Translations under genes and position numbers: made by a program
The notes under the pieces: model-generated
What the model saw: the letters and a program-made list of their open reading frames with translations, nothing else
Told to the model about the DNA's origin: nothing
Database searches by the model: none
In this document: one piece after another, positions 47,899 to 60,300 of the stretch
Position numbering within the stretch: the first letter of the stretch is position 1
Layout of the letters: each line of letters begins with the position of its first letter
DNA from: Daphnia carinata
Taxonomy: Eukaryota
Reading direction: 5' to 3'
Assembly: GCF_022539665.2 (NCBI RefSeq)
Contig: NC_081331.1
Location: forward strand, 5,332,001 to 5,396,000
Length of the DNA: 64,000 nucleotides

Positions 47899-50496
47899 TC
47901 AATATTTGTAAAGGCGTGCTTGCATATGCGCAGGTAAGTTAAGTGAACCCCGGCGAACTAGTTGGAGGCCGCGTTGTCCATCTACGTTTGGTTCTATGGT
48001 GGTCATGACCGACGATAGTGTTTGGGAGGAAGGCCACACTTTTCTTGCATCATCAGAACCAGGCGTATGTGAAATTTTTAACGTCTGGTCTGGCGTAATA
48101 CGATGCCGCAAGAAAAAGCGGCGAACGACGAAGAAATAGATTAGTTCGATCACGCTGATGAAGCTCATACCTAGGCCAAGGCCCAGGAGTCCACCCATGG
48201 CCGCTGAAATCGAACAAATCATGAATCATAAGGACTTTGCAAAAGACGTTGCTTGAAGTTAAAAAAAAAGTAAAATTCCCGACATCCCATTAGCTCGTTA
48301 AACTATGAAAGAGTAAGAAAATGTAGTTACAAATAAAGTCCTCAATTCCAAAGCGGATGTCGGTTCTGTAGCGCATTCCTGTCTTCTCTTTGTAATAAAC
48401 ATGGAACATTGCCACATTCGTCCTGCATTGTAAGTAATTGTTTTCAATTCAGAAAGTATGAAAGCCGTCTGGCTGCATAGTTTGAAAGTATGCTAAATGG
48501 TTGTTGAATGTAAACTAACTCACTTGAAATATTCCGTTCCATCCGTACCAGAGCTCAGGTTTCGCTTTTCCACTAAACGTTTGAATGTGCGTGTCAGGTT
48601 AAATCCGCGACCAGGGAAGGATGCGTATGATACTTCTGGGTCGTATCTAATATCCGTACAGGGTGGCAAACAGTCGCAAATTTTATTTCCATTTGCACGA
48701 ACATCCTCTATTCATCAAAGAATATGTTGATTATAATGAGATTTAGCCTTTTTCCGTACTCAATCAGTAACGCGATGAACGTTACCGTAAACGTTTGATA
48801 TGCAAGTGTATGACGTAAATTCACACAAACGGGATGTGTTGCCTCCTGGAGGAAAACAGGAAATAAAACGAAAGGATAAAGAAAATTAAGCCCAACTTCA
48901 TACCGACTATCGTTAGGGAATTCAGTTTACCTCTAAGAAAATATGGACGACATTGGCAATCGTCGTGCATTATTCGTGTAGCACACTCGACCATGCAAGC
49001 AGACCGGCTATAATGCTGGAAATATTTCAATTTCTTTTCACCTTCCACCAGACACTGGCGCTGATCTGGGGCGACTTCCCTTGCGACCTCTTCGGTGTTG
49101 AAGGACGTGGTACCTTTAACAGCAACAAATCTAAAAGCCGTTTACAAGTATTTAGTTAAAAGTGAAACAGATGATACATCTAATAGTTTGTTTCACTTAC
49201 GTTTCGGTACCAGGACCTATCACAAATCCCCTGTCAGCTACATCAGGAAATTCCTCTGGTGCGTGCACTAATATCTGAATACGAGAAATAAGACATATGA
49301 TAACAAACCCCACTTTGAATTGTAAATGTTTCTATGCGAATATTTTTTTTTCAAAATACATACTTTAAAACCATCGAATTTTCCGGTAGTAACACTATAA
49401 TCTTCTACATTGGCGTCGATAACCAAATTCAGCCCCATTCGGTACCCGTTACCGTTGACTCGTAAAGGTTCATTTGCACTTTAGAAAAACAAGACACGCA
49501 TGGTAACCTGACCAGAATAGAATAGACAAAGAAGTTTTTCATTGTTGATACCTTGACTGAATGCCAAGCATCGGATCGAAATATTTTGCACTGTTAAACG
49601 TACAGCACATTCCATCATCCGTAGGTAAAAACGAGAAGAGTTCCATGCACGGTTTCGTAAGTCCCAACCAATTACAATCCATGACCATGTCCGAGCAAGA
49701 AGGTGCCGTCTATAATGATTGAAAGTTAATATTCTTTCTTCGTATGCCAATGAATTTGTAATACCTCCTCCAAGAGCTTGAATAAATCAAGTGCAGAAAT
49801 GTTCCGTGATTTGTAAAACTCGTTCAGCTCTTTTAGTGGCTTTTCGTTATTAATAGCGCGGTCTAGTTTTGTCATGTACCTTAGGGTAAATTGCATTTCG
49901 GAATACGAAACATTTGCATACCTTCCTTTCAAAAGAAATGAATTAGATGGTGTGAATCAAGTTATTACAATACAAGCATACACTAAAAGACATTGTTCTT
50001 ACTTGGGATTTCTCAGTGCATCCTGGAGCTTTATCTTCGAAACTTTGTTGACGTTGCACACTGTAACCGCTGGGAAGAAAATATTACTAAGCGGGTAAAG
50101 TTGCGTTTCCACGGAAGTCAGTACAGGAGATTGTTTCCATTTTTCCCACATTTGCCAACAAAAGTAGCCCGAGAAGCAGATACCGGATAAAAACACCAGC
50201 AACCAAGCGCATCTATAAAACGTGGTAAAATAAAGACAAATAATTACTTTAAGAAAGACGTAAAACTAATCGAAATCATTATTGGAAGTACAAAAAGGGA
50301 TAAGAAAAACAAAACAAAAACAAACAAATAAAAAAAAAGAGATAAGTTACCTTTCAAAAAACCTACTTCCATCTTCAAACAAATATTTCAGTCCATGAAT
50401 TGAGGTGTTTTCACAGAACTGTCTGAAAATCCGCTGGTCATTTTCACATGATTTTTGCTGAGCTCTTTCGGTTTTTTCGCGGCTGTTACGAGACAT
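47899..50496 (-). CDS. DEG/ENaC (pickpocket-like) sodium channel, copy 4
   Basis: MSRNSRE...FCENTSIHGLKY, FPAVTVCNVN, GMCCTFN, YSRSACMVEC, CDCLPPC, GGLLGLGLGMSFISVIE. Same exon structure. Confidence 0.92.
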
Positions 50497-51307
50497 GATA
50501 CAGCAACAATGACTCGCTAAAAACCGACAACCTGCTAGACTAATCTTTTATTACCTAATGGCCGCTACTTTTTCTTTCGGGAAGCCCACCTCATTAATAG
50601 TTTGGGCGTGTTCTTTGCCTGGTAAACTTAAAACAAACGAGCGCAAGAATATCTTAACCTGTTGAAAAGCTTCCCGAGACGTGACACGATTTCCCCCTTT
50701 TGTTCTCATGAAAAAGAAGGGAAATGAAAAGGACAGGTTTGGATTTCCAATCGTGAACTGAGGGGACTTTTCGTCAACCGCCCCTAGTCACACCATTCGT
50801 TCAAAACATCTGTGCACTGCCTGACAAGTGTTTTCAAATGTGAGCTTACTGCCACCTGGATTTCGTTCAGAAATTCAAAGCTGCAGCAATGTCCTGTTTG
50901 TCCGCGTCCAGGTAAATACAAAAACGAGTCAAACAGGGCGTGTCCGTGTCAATCCGGTTGCGTTTGGAAAGAACAGTGCAAATCCTTCCTTGTTTGCTCG
51001 AATGCTCAACCATGACTTAGTCGATATCTCATTTCACCTTATACACAGAGCGCATAGGGACAATGACTCTTTGTAAAAGTATCACCCAATTTTTATTCAT
51101 ACGAATTGAATCGTTTAGATCACATTCAGCCCTTGTTCCTGCAAGTACCACATAGCAGATGAAAGTTAAGCATTATGCAACATGTAGCCTTATTAATACA
51201 CTTCCGTTTAAAGAAGTAATTACCTTTACACCTTTCGCTGTGAAAATTAAGATTAACAATTCATTTCATACCTGATGGTATGAAAAAGAATGACTAAACG
51301 TGAGCAG

Positions 51308-54300
51308 CTAAGAGGAAAACTTGGACGACGATACCAGCGAATGGCGATTTTCTTCGTACACACTCTTGGCATAATTGATTTCTTGAGCCACTCGTTTTGC
51401 GAGCGATTCGGAATCGCAGCGAACTTGTGGCCGTCGTGCGCCAAGAGGATTGTCCGGTTCCAAAAGTAAACTGAGCTCGACGTAGTAGTGCGCTGTGCTC
51501 TGTGTGCCATAATCTTTTATGACTACCGATTTACAGCTTTGGAGTTCCGACAGATGGATATCAAGAACGACTTCCTTGTTGGGGTTATTCATACTGAACA
51601 CTCGAATGTGCTCGCTCGAAATCAACATGTGCAAACTTTCTGGTAAACTTCCAAGTGCTTCATATGCGATGAAAGATTCCTGATAAGAGAAAATTTTATA
51701 ATTAAATTATACGATAGGTTGTGCCATAGTGATTGTTCTTACCCGATACTCGTGGCGGTTAAGCTGGAAGAGAAGCTCCTGTCCGCGGCCCTGCTTCTCC
51801 GAATAACGAGGGAGTATACCCCCTGGTCCTATAACTAAACGAGGTGGACGAATTCTTTTAGGGATTTCTTTTGATGAACTGCGGCTTGAGTCACGAACAG
51901 CCGAGGCTGCTCCAGTGGCCAAGTCCAGCATTCCAACTGCTGGTTTGGTTACCGTTCCCACCAAACCTTTGCCGAAACCGGTAAAGAAACCGCCAATTCC
52001 TTCATTAGACATACCTACGATAGAACAAGGGATAAGTAATTAAACGATTAGATCACTTAATAAAAGAAAAAGACAAAACTGACCCTCGTAAGTCTGAGTG
52101 AAAATGGAAGTCATGCCGCCAAGTATTCCAAAACCAAATCCTTTCAAGCCGGCGACTAGATGGTCAGCACTTTGGCCCGTATGTTTTAAGAGACGCTGTC
52201 GGACTTCTTCGTGTCTTTCATCCATCGTGACGCGGCCAAGTCCATCGGACAGTGATCCCGTGACTTTAGCGGCTGAATTCGACAAACCAAATGTAACGTT
52301 TTGAACAAGAGCACCAACATTGCCCTCATTCAAAAAGCCCGAAACTCCTTCAGACACGTCGTTGACAAAACCTAGTGGATTACCGAGGAAATCGGTCGAG
52401 CCTAGAATTCTGGCAGCTTGTGATTTTAGCTCATCCTGAGAAACAATGAAATAAAGGATTTAAATCGTATGGCAGAACAAATTTCAGTAAAAAAGTTCTC
52501 ACTTTATAATGTTTGACAACCGAATCGATAATTAACTGCGCCGTTTCAAAAGGATGCGATCGGATGAACGGATGTAGTTCTATATTAGCATCTTCAAATT
52601 TGATTAAAGTCAAACCTAACTTTCGCTTAATAGCTTTTAATTCTGGCGGTAGTTTGCTTGACGTGTAAACACTCAGACGCACCTAGAAAAATAAATGTTT
52701 ACAAAACGTGAGATTTTGTTATGTATTCAAAGTTTACCTGTTCGAGTGCTAATTTCAATATACCAAAGTAGTATCGTTTGGCATCGATTGAAGTGGCAGC
52801 GTTAAGTGATCGTTGGGATTCGTATTCGCTCTCATCTATTCTCTCTAATTCAAGATCAGATTGGTTGAATCCCGCAAATGCAAGAAGCTTGAATAATTGG
52901 TTCTCTTCTATGTTGATAGTCAAGTTCTTGAATGTCACTATCAAATTCTTGAAGATATCAGCGTTGAGACCGCTCGTCAAGTGTCGACGTACAGTTATGC
53001 GAAGGGCAGGTATATCCTTCGATTGATCCTGATTGTCAGATGGGGAAACGTAGACAACAACCGGACAATGTGGATCCTGCAGACTGTTGTCTATTTGAAT
53101 GGAATGAACACTGGCATCTATGCTTAGCGTGCCATCTCCTGCGATGAGTTCTAGGGATATGTTTGTCAATCGGCAATAGGCCAGCTCTTCGGGAGGTGAA
53201 TGGTTCACGATGCTGAGGCCCAAGCCTCCTTTGAACTTCATTTCCACCTTCAACTGTTTATTATTAATCTCCGCATCGCTGGAAGCCGTGACCGAGTTTT
53301 CAGTTGAATGAGAATGCGGGGGTTTGTTGAGAAAATCAGCAACTTGAAGTACCCTGGTTGGACCGTCCATGATAGTCTTAACACTCAAGCAACCGGAGCC
53401 GGGTCGAAGCCGTTGCCAGTGTATCGCCTGTTCTGCCGGGACTCCACTGGGCAGTCGGTAGTATGTCACAGACTGAGCTGGGCCCAAAACAACGTCATTC
53501 CCTACTCCCCCCGAAACCCGTTTACAGAAAGATTAGTAAAGCAATGCATAAACGGAGTTATGATTTTCACAAATTAACAGCAGTCAGATAAACCAAGAAA
53601 ACTACATTAAAGACAATCTAGCTAAGGCCATGCAAGGCATGATGATTTAAAACCTACGTACACATTCTCCATGTTTTACAGGAAAGGCCTGGGAAATATT
53701 CATAGAACCATCATTTGGATGGCGTTTTTAAATTGACAAAGATGACGACGTAAAATGCTTGTTTAAAATACCTTGACGGATGCCGTAAAAGCCATCCTTC
53801 GCTTGAACGAAAACGTTTTTATGACCACAACAAAGACGTCCATCGTCTGTGAAGTGCCAGGTCTGGGTCAATTGCCGTCGAGGATCTGGTTTCCGCAGCA
53901 TAAGATGAACAAACTCGCTGGGCTGAAGCGCGGGACCAGCGATGTCCAAAACAAGTATGCGCGACGGATCAATCTAGAAAAAGGAGGCAAAAGAAAACGA
54001 AAGTGATAAGCTGCCTTTAGACCAAATTTACGCTGTTGTACCTGAGGATTTGACGGATCTCGTGGAGGACTACTTCCTTCGTGTTGCAGCATCCCACTGC
54101 CAGTCATGCGCCATAGTTGTGATCTTTTACCAGTTTCTTTGCTACTCAGTACGACCCTCGTACCCTCTGGCACGTCAAGAACTAGCTCAACGTTGTTGGG
54201 ATCGAGCGCACTGCCAGTCGACATGTCATCACCGTTAAACGTAACAGTAAGGCACACGTAAATGAAGTTTTCATAGGTTAGCTGGCTTCCCTCTTTTAAT

Positions 54301-57300
54301 GTCGTCATGTCGTAGGAGGACGAGGCCCCACCAGGAGCAATAATATTGAGACGGGCAGGTTTTGTGGGTTCATCGAAAACGTATGGCACTGAACTACCGG
54401 GGCGTACCTTTGATAAGATCGAAATTATGTGCCATGTCTGGTATACAACTAACTAAAATATTTACGGTAGTATGCAAATACGCTTCCGGGACATCAGATT
54501 GATGAAACATGATTGGGACTAGGGCCAAGTTGTCGACTCTGAGTGGCGGAGGAAAGCCGGTTGCATCGCTGAAAACGACGCAGAAAGTGCACTCTTGTTG
54601 AAATATCTCAACACGAAGGAAATTCGCACGGCTTTCACCATCACGTATGTTAATATGGAACGAGCTGATGTTTTGAATGGCAAAACCTCCCGACCAATGG
54701 CAGTTTTTCACGTCTAGTAGCCTAACACAGAGTAACTGATCCTTGTCCAAACGAGGCCAATGGAATGGTAAATGACAACCAGGAACCAAATTCAAATAAG
54801 TTGACTGGGCTCCAGGATCGGTAAAGGTAGTTGCAAAATAGGCTTGGGAGACCTAATTTGAATAGTGAAAGATAATTGTTCGAAAGCAAGCATTCTTTGC
54901 AATATGTACCTCCAATGTCCAACTTGATTGATTATAAAGCTGGTAGCAAGGTGCAAAGGTAACAATTTGGGTGTCTCGATATCGACCACGTCCAGAACGT
55001 ATCGAAATCCCAACGAGGTAAACCAATTCCGGACGACCATCTCGAGGCGAGACCAGAAAACTGCGGACTGTGACTCCTTTCTGTATCGGGAAAGGCTGAC
55101 ACCAATGTGGCTTACACCCAAGATGCAGCCCAGTTCCGATACGGGCTGTCAGCGTGGTGCTAGCCTCTCTGTCCGTGAAAGAGAACAGCATCGGTGAGAG
55201 GGACCGAGCCATCTCGTGCTCGTCAAATTGGCCTATTCAAAAGAACTGAGCATTTCCAACAAATAAGCTTGTTTGCGTGCAATGCGAACCTGCTGCTTCT
55301 TGCTGAACTCCCTCTTGTCGGAAGATGAGTGGTATTCCAGCTTTATTAACTAGCCAATAAGGTGCCGAAATGGATAATTTCACAGATCCAGGAGCTTTGG
55401 AACTTATTTTCACCTGGAAAACAAAGTAATCATAAGAACAAATACCACAGGTACAGTAACAAAGAGCACAAACGTACCTGTAGTAGAAGTAACCGATTGG
55501 CGCTATCATAGAGCCGTAATCGGGTGGTGAAATTGTAGGGAGACGTTCCAATAACCAAATCGCTTGAATGGACAAAATTTTCGGTGCGGAATGCAATTTG
55601 AAAGCCAGCTGAAACGTTAATGGTGTGAATGGACGTTGATTTGCCAGGTTTAATGATACCACTTTGCCCAACGGCTTTGAGTTCCCATAATAATTCGTAA
55701 GGTAACAAGTTAACAACAACCAACGGACTCAGAAGCGTAATCGTATGGGCTGGCTGTGCAGTCCACTCCGAATCATCCGTATTTCTGCCAACAGATCAAA
55801 CGTCGTGATTATCAGCATCATTTCTGAACTACTGGTAAAATCACGAAAATTACATCTTCTTTGGAGGGAAGTTCTCTCGATGGATATCGACAGCGAAGCG
55901 ATAGGTTAAATCTTTCTTACTAATCACCGGATTGCACTGTCGTATATTTGCAGTTGTTTGGGTGGACGCATGCCATTCAATCGGATCTTTGCAAAAGCTG
56001 AAAGCGTGAGGCAGTTTTTCGGCCATTGGCCGTACAAATATCTATGGAAAAATAGCAGAGAACGTGCTAGTTACGTACAAATTTCTAAATAAACTATGAG
56101 GGTATTTACCTGAGACATTAAATAGGACATTGGAATGGGATAAGTAGTGCACGGGGGAACACGGACAGTTTTGCTAGGATGAAGGTTGAATGCAGGCGGC
56201 TCTAGGCGTAGTTCAACAGTCTCTTCTAAGTTGTTGGTCACCTGTAAAGCTGAACGAACCGTTACCAGACGACGAGCTGACCCTTCCAATGTGACAGCGA
56301 TCACAACCAAGACGCGTTCCAGTTCTCGCTCAACGGCCACTGTATTGCGTCTACTGGGCGAATTATGCACCTTTAGCACACGAAAAGAAAAGAAAGCGAT
56401 AATGATACGAAAGGTACATAAAATTTAACCTTATTTACCGACGCATATCGAAAATAAACTCCAACTCGATCGATTGAGACAGGCCCAAATTCCATCCAAC
56501 CGTCCAGTTCGATAGAAAGCTGGTGAGTTTGCGTCTGATGGCTATCGTGGTGACGTAGTTTGCCTCGATTTTCGAAACTAAATGCAACAACTTCGCCTGC
56601 CTCGCAATGTATCCAGCGCGAGCTTTTCGTGGAAGCTGCCGACGGTGCACCTTCGGTCAACAAACTGGCTGTTAATGTCCGGAATTTGATTTTCGAACCA
56701 GTGGCGTTGTGCAAGGCGAAAGGCACGAAAGGAGATCGTTGACGGACCACACTGTTTCCATCCAGCTGACTAGACAATTCCTTGCTATTTTGACCATAAT
56801 AATCTTCCATCCAGTTCCTCTTTACAGTTCCGAACAGTTCAAGCAAAGCTCTGGTGCAAGTTAAATTCACTACGTCTTCTGTGTCAAAGAAGATGGATTG
56901 ATTTCGTCGATTAGCAATGGATCCATAAAAAGGCAGAAAATTCCAATGTACATGGCATTTGAATGGTTCGATGAATGGCTCCCAACCAGACAGAACACGA
57001 TTATAATAATCGATGGCAAACTGACAAGTTAAGGAGCCCTCGCCGGTCATTTGGGCGACGTCGATTGATTGCCGGAGAAGGAGCTGAGATGTCGTGATTT
57101 CTACTAAAGGCAAATCGGCATCACGACAGTCGTCAATAACGCAAAGGCTAATGCAGCCCGTTCGGATTTCAATGCCACGGATTTGGATTTCAGCCATTTC
57201 TGGTTGCCGTTGTCCAGTTACAGTCAACGCATTCTGCGTTAACCAAAGAGCTGCTTCTTCCAAGTTATCGTTACAAGATTGTAACGCTGTCTGGCAGTCG

Positions 57301-60300
57301 TCTGTGGAGAATCCAAGAGCTTTCAATTTGTTTACTTCATTAACGACAATCGATTCAGTAGATGTTAGACGAGCTTGATGCGGAAGGCTGTCGAGAATCC
57401 TCATAAAGAGTTTCATATCATTGTACGAAAGACGAAGAATGACTTGCTGCGCTTGAACTTCAAGGATCTGGTGCAAATCGGAGCTAGTAGCGTCCAAGAT
57501 GCCTTTGACATCAGTGGCACTCGATTTGTCAACGATTTCGATGCTAATGGTGGCTGGATCTACGATGGATAACGCTGTTTCCTCTTCGAGGTTGAGTTGA
57601 CTTGAAAATATTTCAACCCGGTTTAGCTGACAAGATAGCGGTTTGCTATGGATTTGTGGTCTGTAAGTCAGCAACGCCGTTCCCTTAAGAATAACTGCAG
57701 AAGAATCTTTGACAGAGGTGTCTTCAATGATTACTACTTCTGAGTCGGAAATGTTGATCTTAAATTCAACTGGCACTTTTCTTGTATCTATTAAAGCAGC
57801 CCGTTTGCTTATCACTCCCGTTGAAACGATAATAGGGCTGGGCTTTGTTGAAGTTGCTGTCCATTTAGCGTGAGGTTTAACATCACTTTCTTCGAATTTC
57901 TCCTAAAAAAGAAAATTGTTTACACCATGTAAAAAATTTATGAATATATTGATGAATACCCTTTATCGTTGTTTGTTCCACGATATTCATCTGGACTGTG
58001 AAGAAGAAATTCACGGAATAACGTCCACCAATCGATGATCGCCAACAATCTCATATTGTTGAGGACAACGGTAAATCGAGTGAAATCCTCCGTTGAGCGA
58101 TAATGGACTTCAGCTTGTAGGGAACCTTCTCCGCGGGCTTTTGTCACAGGTTCCAGAATTTGAGTGAAGACATTCCTCTTTGCAGTTGATTGGGTTGAAG
58201 ACGATGCATCGTATCGAGTGTCTCGTATGACAACCTGTTGTGAAACGAGGTCGACATCTTTCGACCCATCGCTATTACTCTCGTAAACAAGGCGCGAATC
58301 GATGAACTTAATGGTGGAAAACGCTCCTATTCTCGAGTCTTTTACTTCCAGCATGACATCCACCAAGTCGATATGTATCTTGAGCTTTGCCCACATTGGT
58401 GGTTTGGAGTCATTCGGAAATTGAATAGGGCTGGTGGGTGGAGGTTGGTCTGATTGTAGGAAATCTACAGGTTCGCCAAGATTGAAGGCTAACAGGCCTC
58501 GCACTAATTTGTACTGATGTTCATCAATGGAACATTGTGCAGAGGAGAGCAACCCACAGAGGTCCATATCAGGAACCGGACGTTTTAGATGTGAATCCAA
58601 GTTGCGCCGAACTTCCAGTTTCATTTCGCAGGTGTCTTTGAGGAGAGATTGGCCACTTCGTCGGATCAGGTAAGAACCTAGAATCAGATCCCCAACTTGC
58701 GAACGATTGGCTTTCTGTCGCTGACCCGTACACAGATCCATGTTGGATAATTCCACTTGAATTACATTAACCAGAACGGCTTCTGGATTGGCGGTAATGG
58801 GCACAAGCGGCAAGCATTTTAAGTCCGGGTTTGCGTGATTTGTTGATTGTTGGCAGGTAGGTTGATCCATCAGTCACTACGAACTTGTTCGAAACAGATA
58901 TTCTACCGAGATCGATCACCAATAAATGTTCCGATGTGGAACATATTGGGACAAGAATAACCGGCGAACCGGCTTCAACGTTTAACAAGATGCGTGTTCC
59001 ATGACGCCAGGGTTTTCGAGAGGCATTCGCAGCGCCACTCTGTTCGGTAGCGCTGAAAGTGCTAGCTACTCGACGTAGTTCTTGGAATTGTTCCAGCATT
59101 GAAAAACACTCGGTGTAGAACAGTTGGGTATGGACGTACAAGACGGAAGCCATGTTGAGGTTAAGTCGGACGTCGTAATCGCGGGCAAGGTGCGGATCAT
59201 CGGCACTGAAACAGAAGAACTGGAAATCCAGGGCTTCGTTGCCCGAAGTGATGAATCGTTCGCGGTACATTCGTCCGGCTGAAGTCAAATCTTGAACGGT
59301 GATGCTGCCCAACTTTCCGGTGATATTCAGATTGCCCCGCTTCGACGCCATCTCCCAAGTTAGGTTGGATATAGTAGCTTCAGCGACTTCGTAGTCTTTT
59401 CGGTTAAGTAGAACACTGAAGGAACGGACCTCGACTTCCCAGCGCGAGTTCAAAGTATGAGCGTTAGCTACTTTTGACCAATCTTGATAGCCAGGAGAAG
59501 AAGCTGCAACTTTCTTCTTTTGTTGCTGACTAACTTTGGTCGTACTTGTACCAAAAAAATCGAGCACCATGACCCACGATTCCAGGTTGATAATCACGTC
59601 CAGTGCGTTGAAGTTGATCTCAATAAAACGATGCGTGCTGAAGTTGTAAACAAAAAAATAGGTAAATCGAAAGGCTCAGATTGAAATGTTATGCATTATA
59701 CCTGTTATATTTGAGAGCAAAATCTGGACTGTCAGGATCAACTAGCAGGATTTTAATGAAAACCAAATTATTGTCGTCAACTCCGGATCGTGTAAAACGC
59801 TGATGGTACATCACGGACGACGATGACGGTGGTGTACTTGGGCATTTTGCAATGGGCTTCTTCTGTGGAGCCTTGGCACGGACGCTAGACTTCCATTGCG
59901 ATTTGTCGGATTCTAATCTGGCTGGCAAGGATCTTGATCCAGGAGTGTACAGTCCTTGAGCACGTAAATCAGGACAGGAAGATGACATAAAGGAACTTAA
60001 ATTGGGTCTTCCGGCTATCCTATCCGATTGGCGATCATTCGAAGCTACTAATCGTCGATACTTGGAATCTTCTTTCACCATTAGATCTTCCAGAATCAAA
60101 GACTTCAAAGATGTTTGTATTGTAGCAGAGAAGGTGCAATTTTGCTCATATGCTACTAGGAAATCTTCGAAGGAAAGACTGACAATAGCTCGATTTGAAT
60201 TGTCCAGTAATTCCATGGAAAACCTTGGCAATTGGAACTTGAAATTGAGGATAAGTTCCCGCTGTTTGATTCGTGTAGGTGTACGATTCTTGGTAGACGG

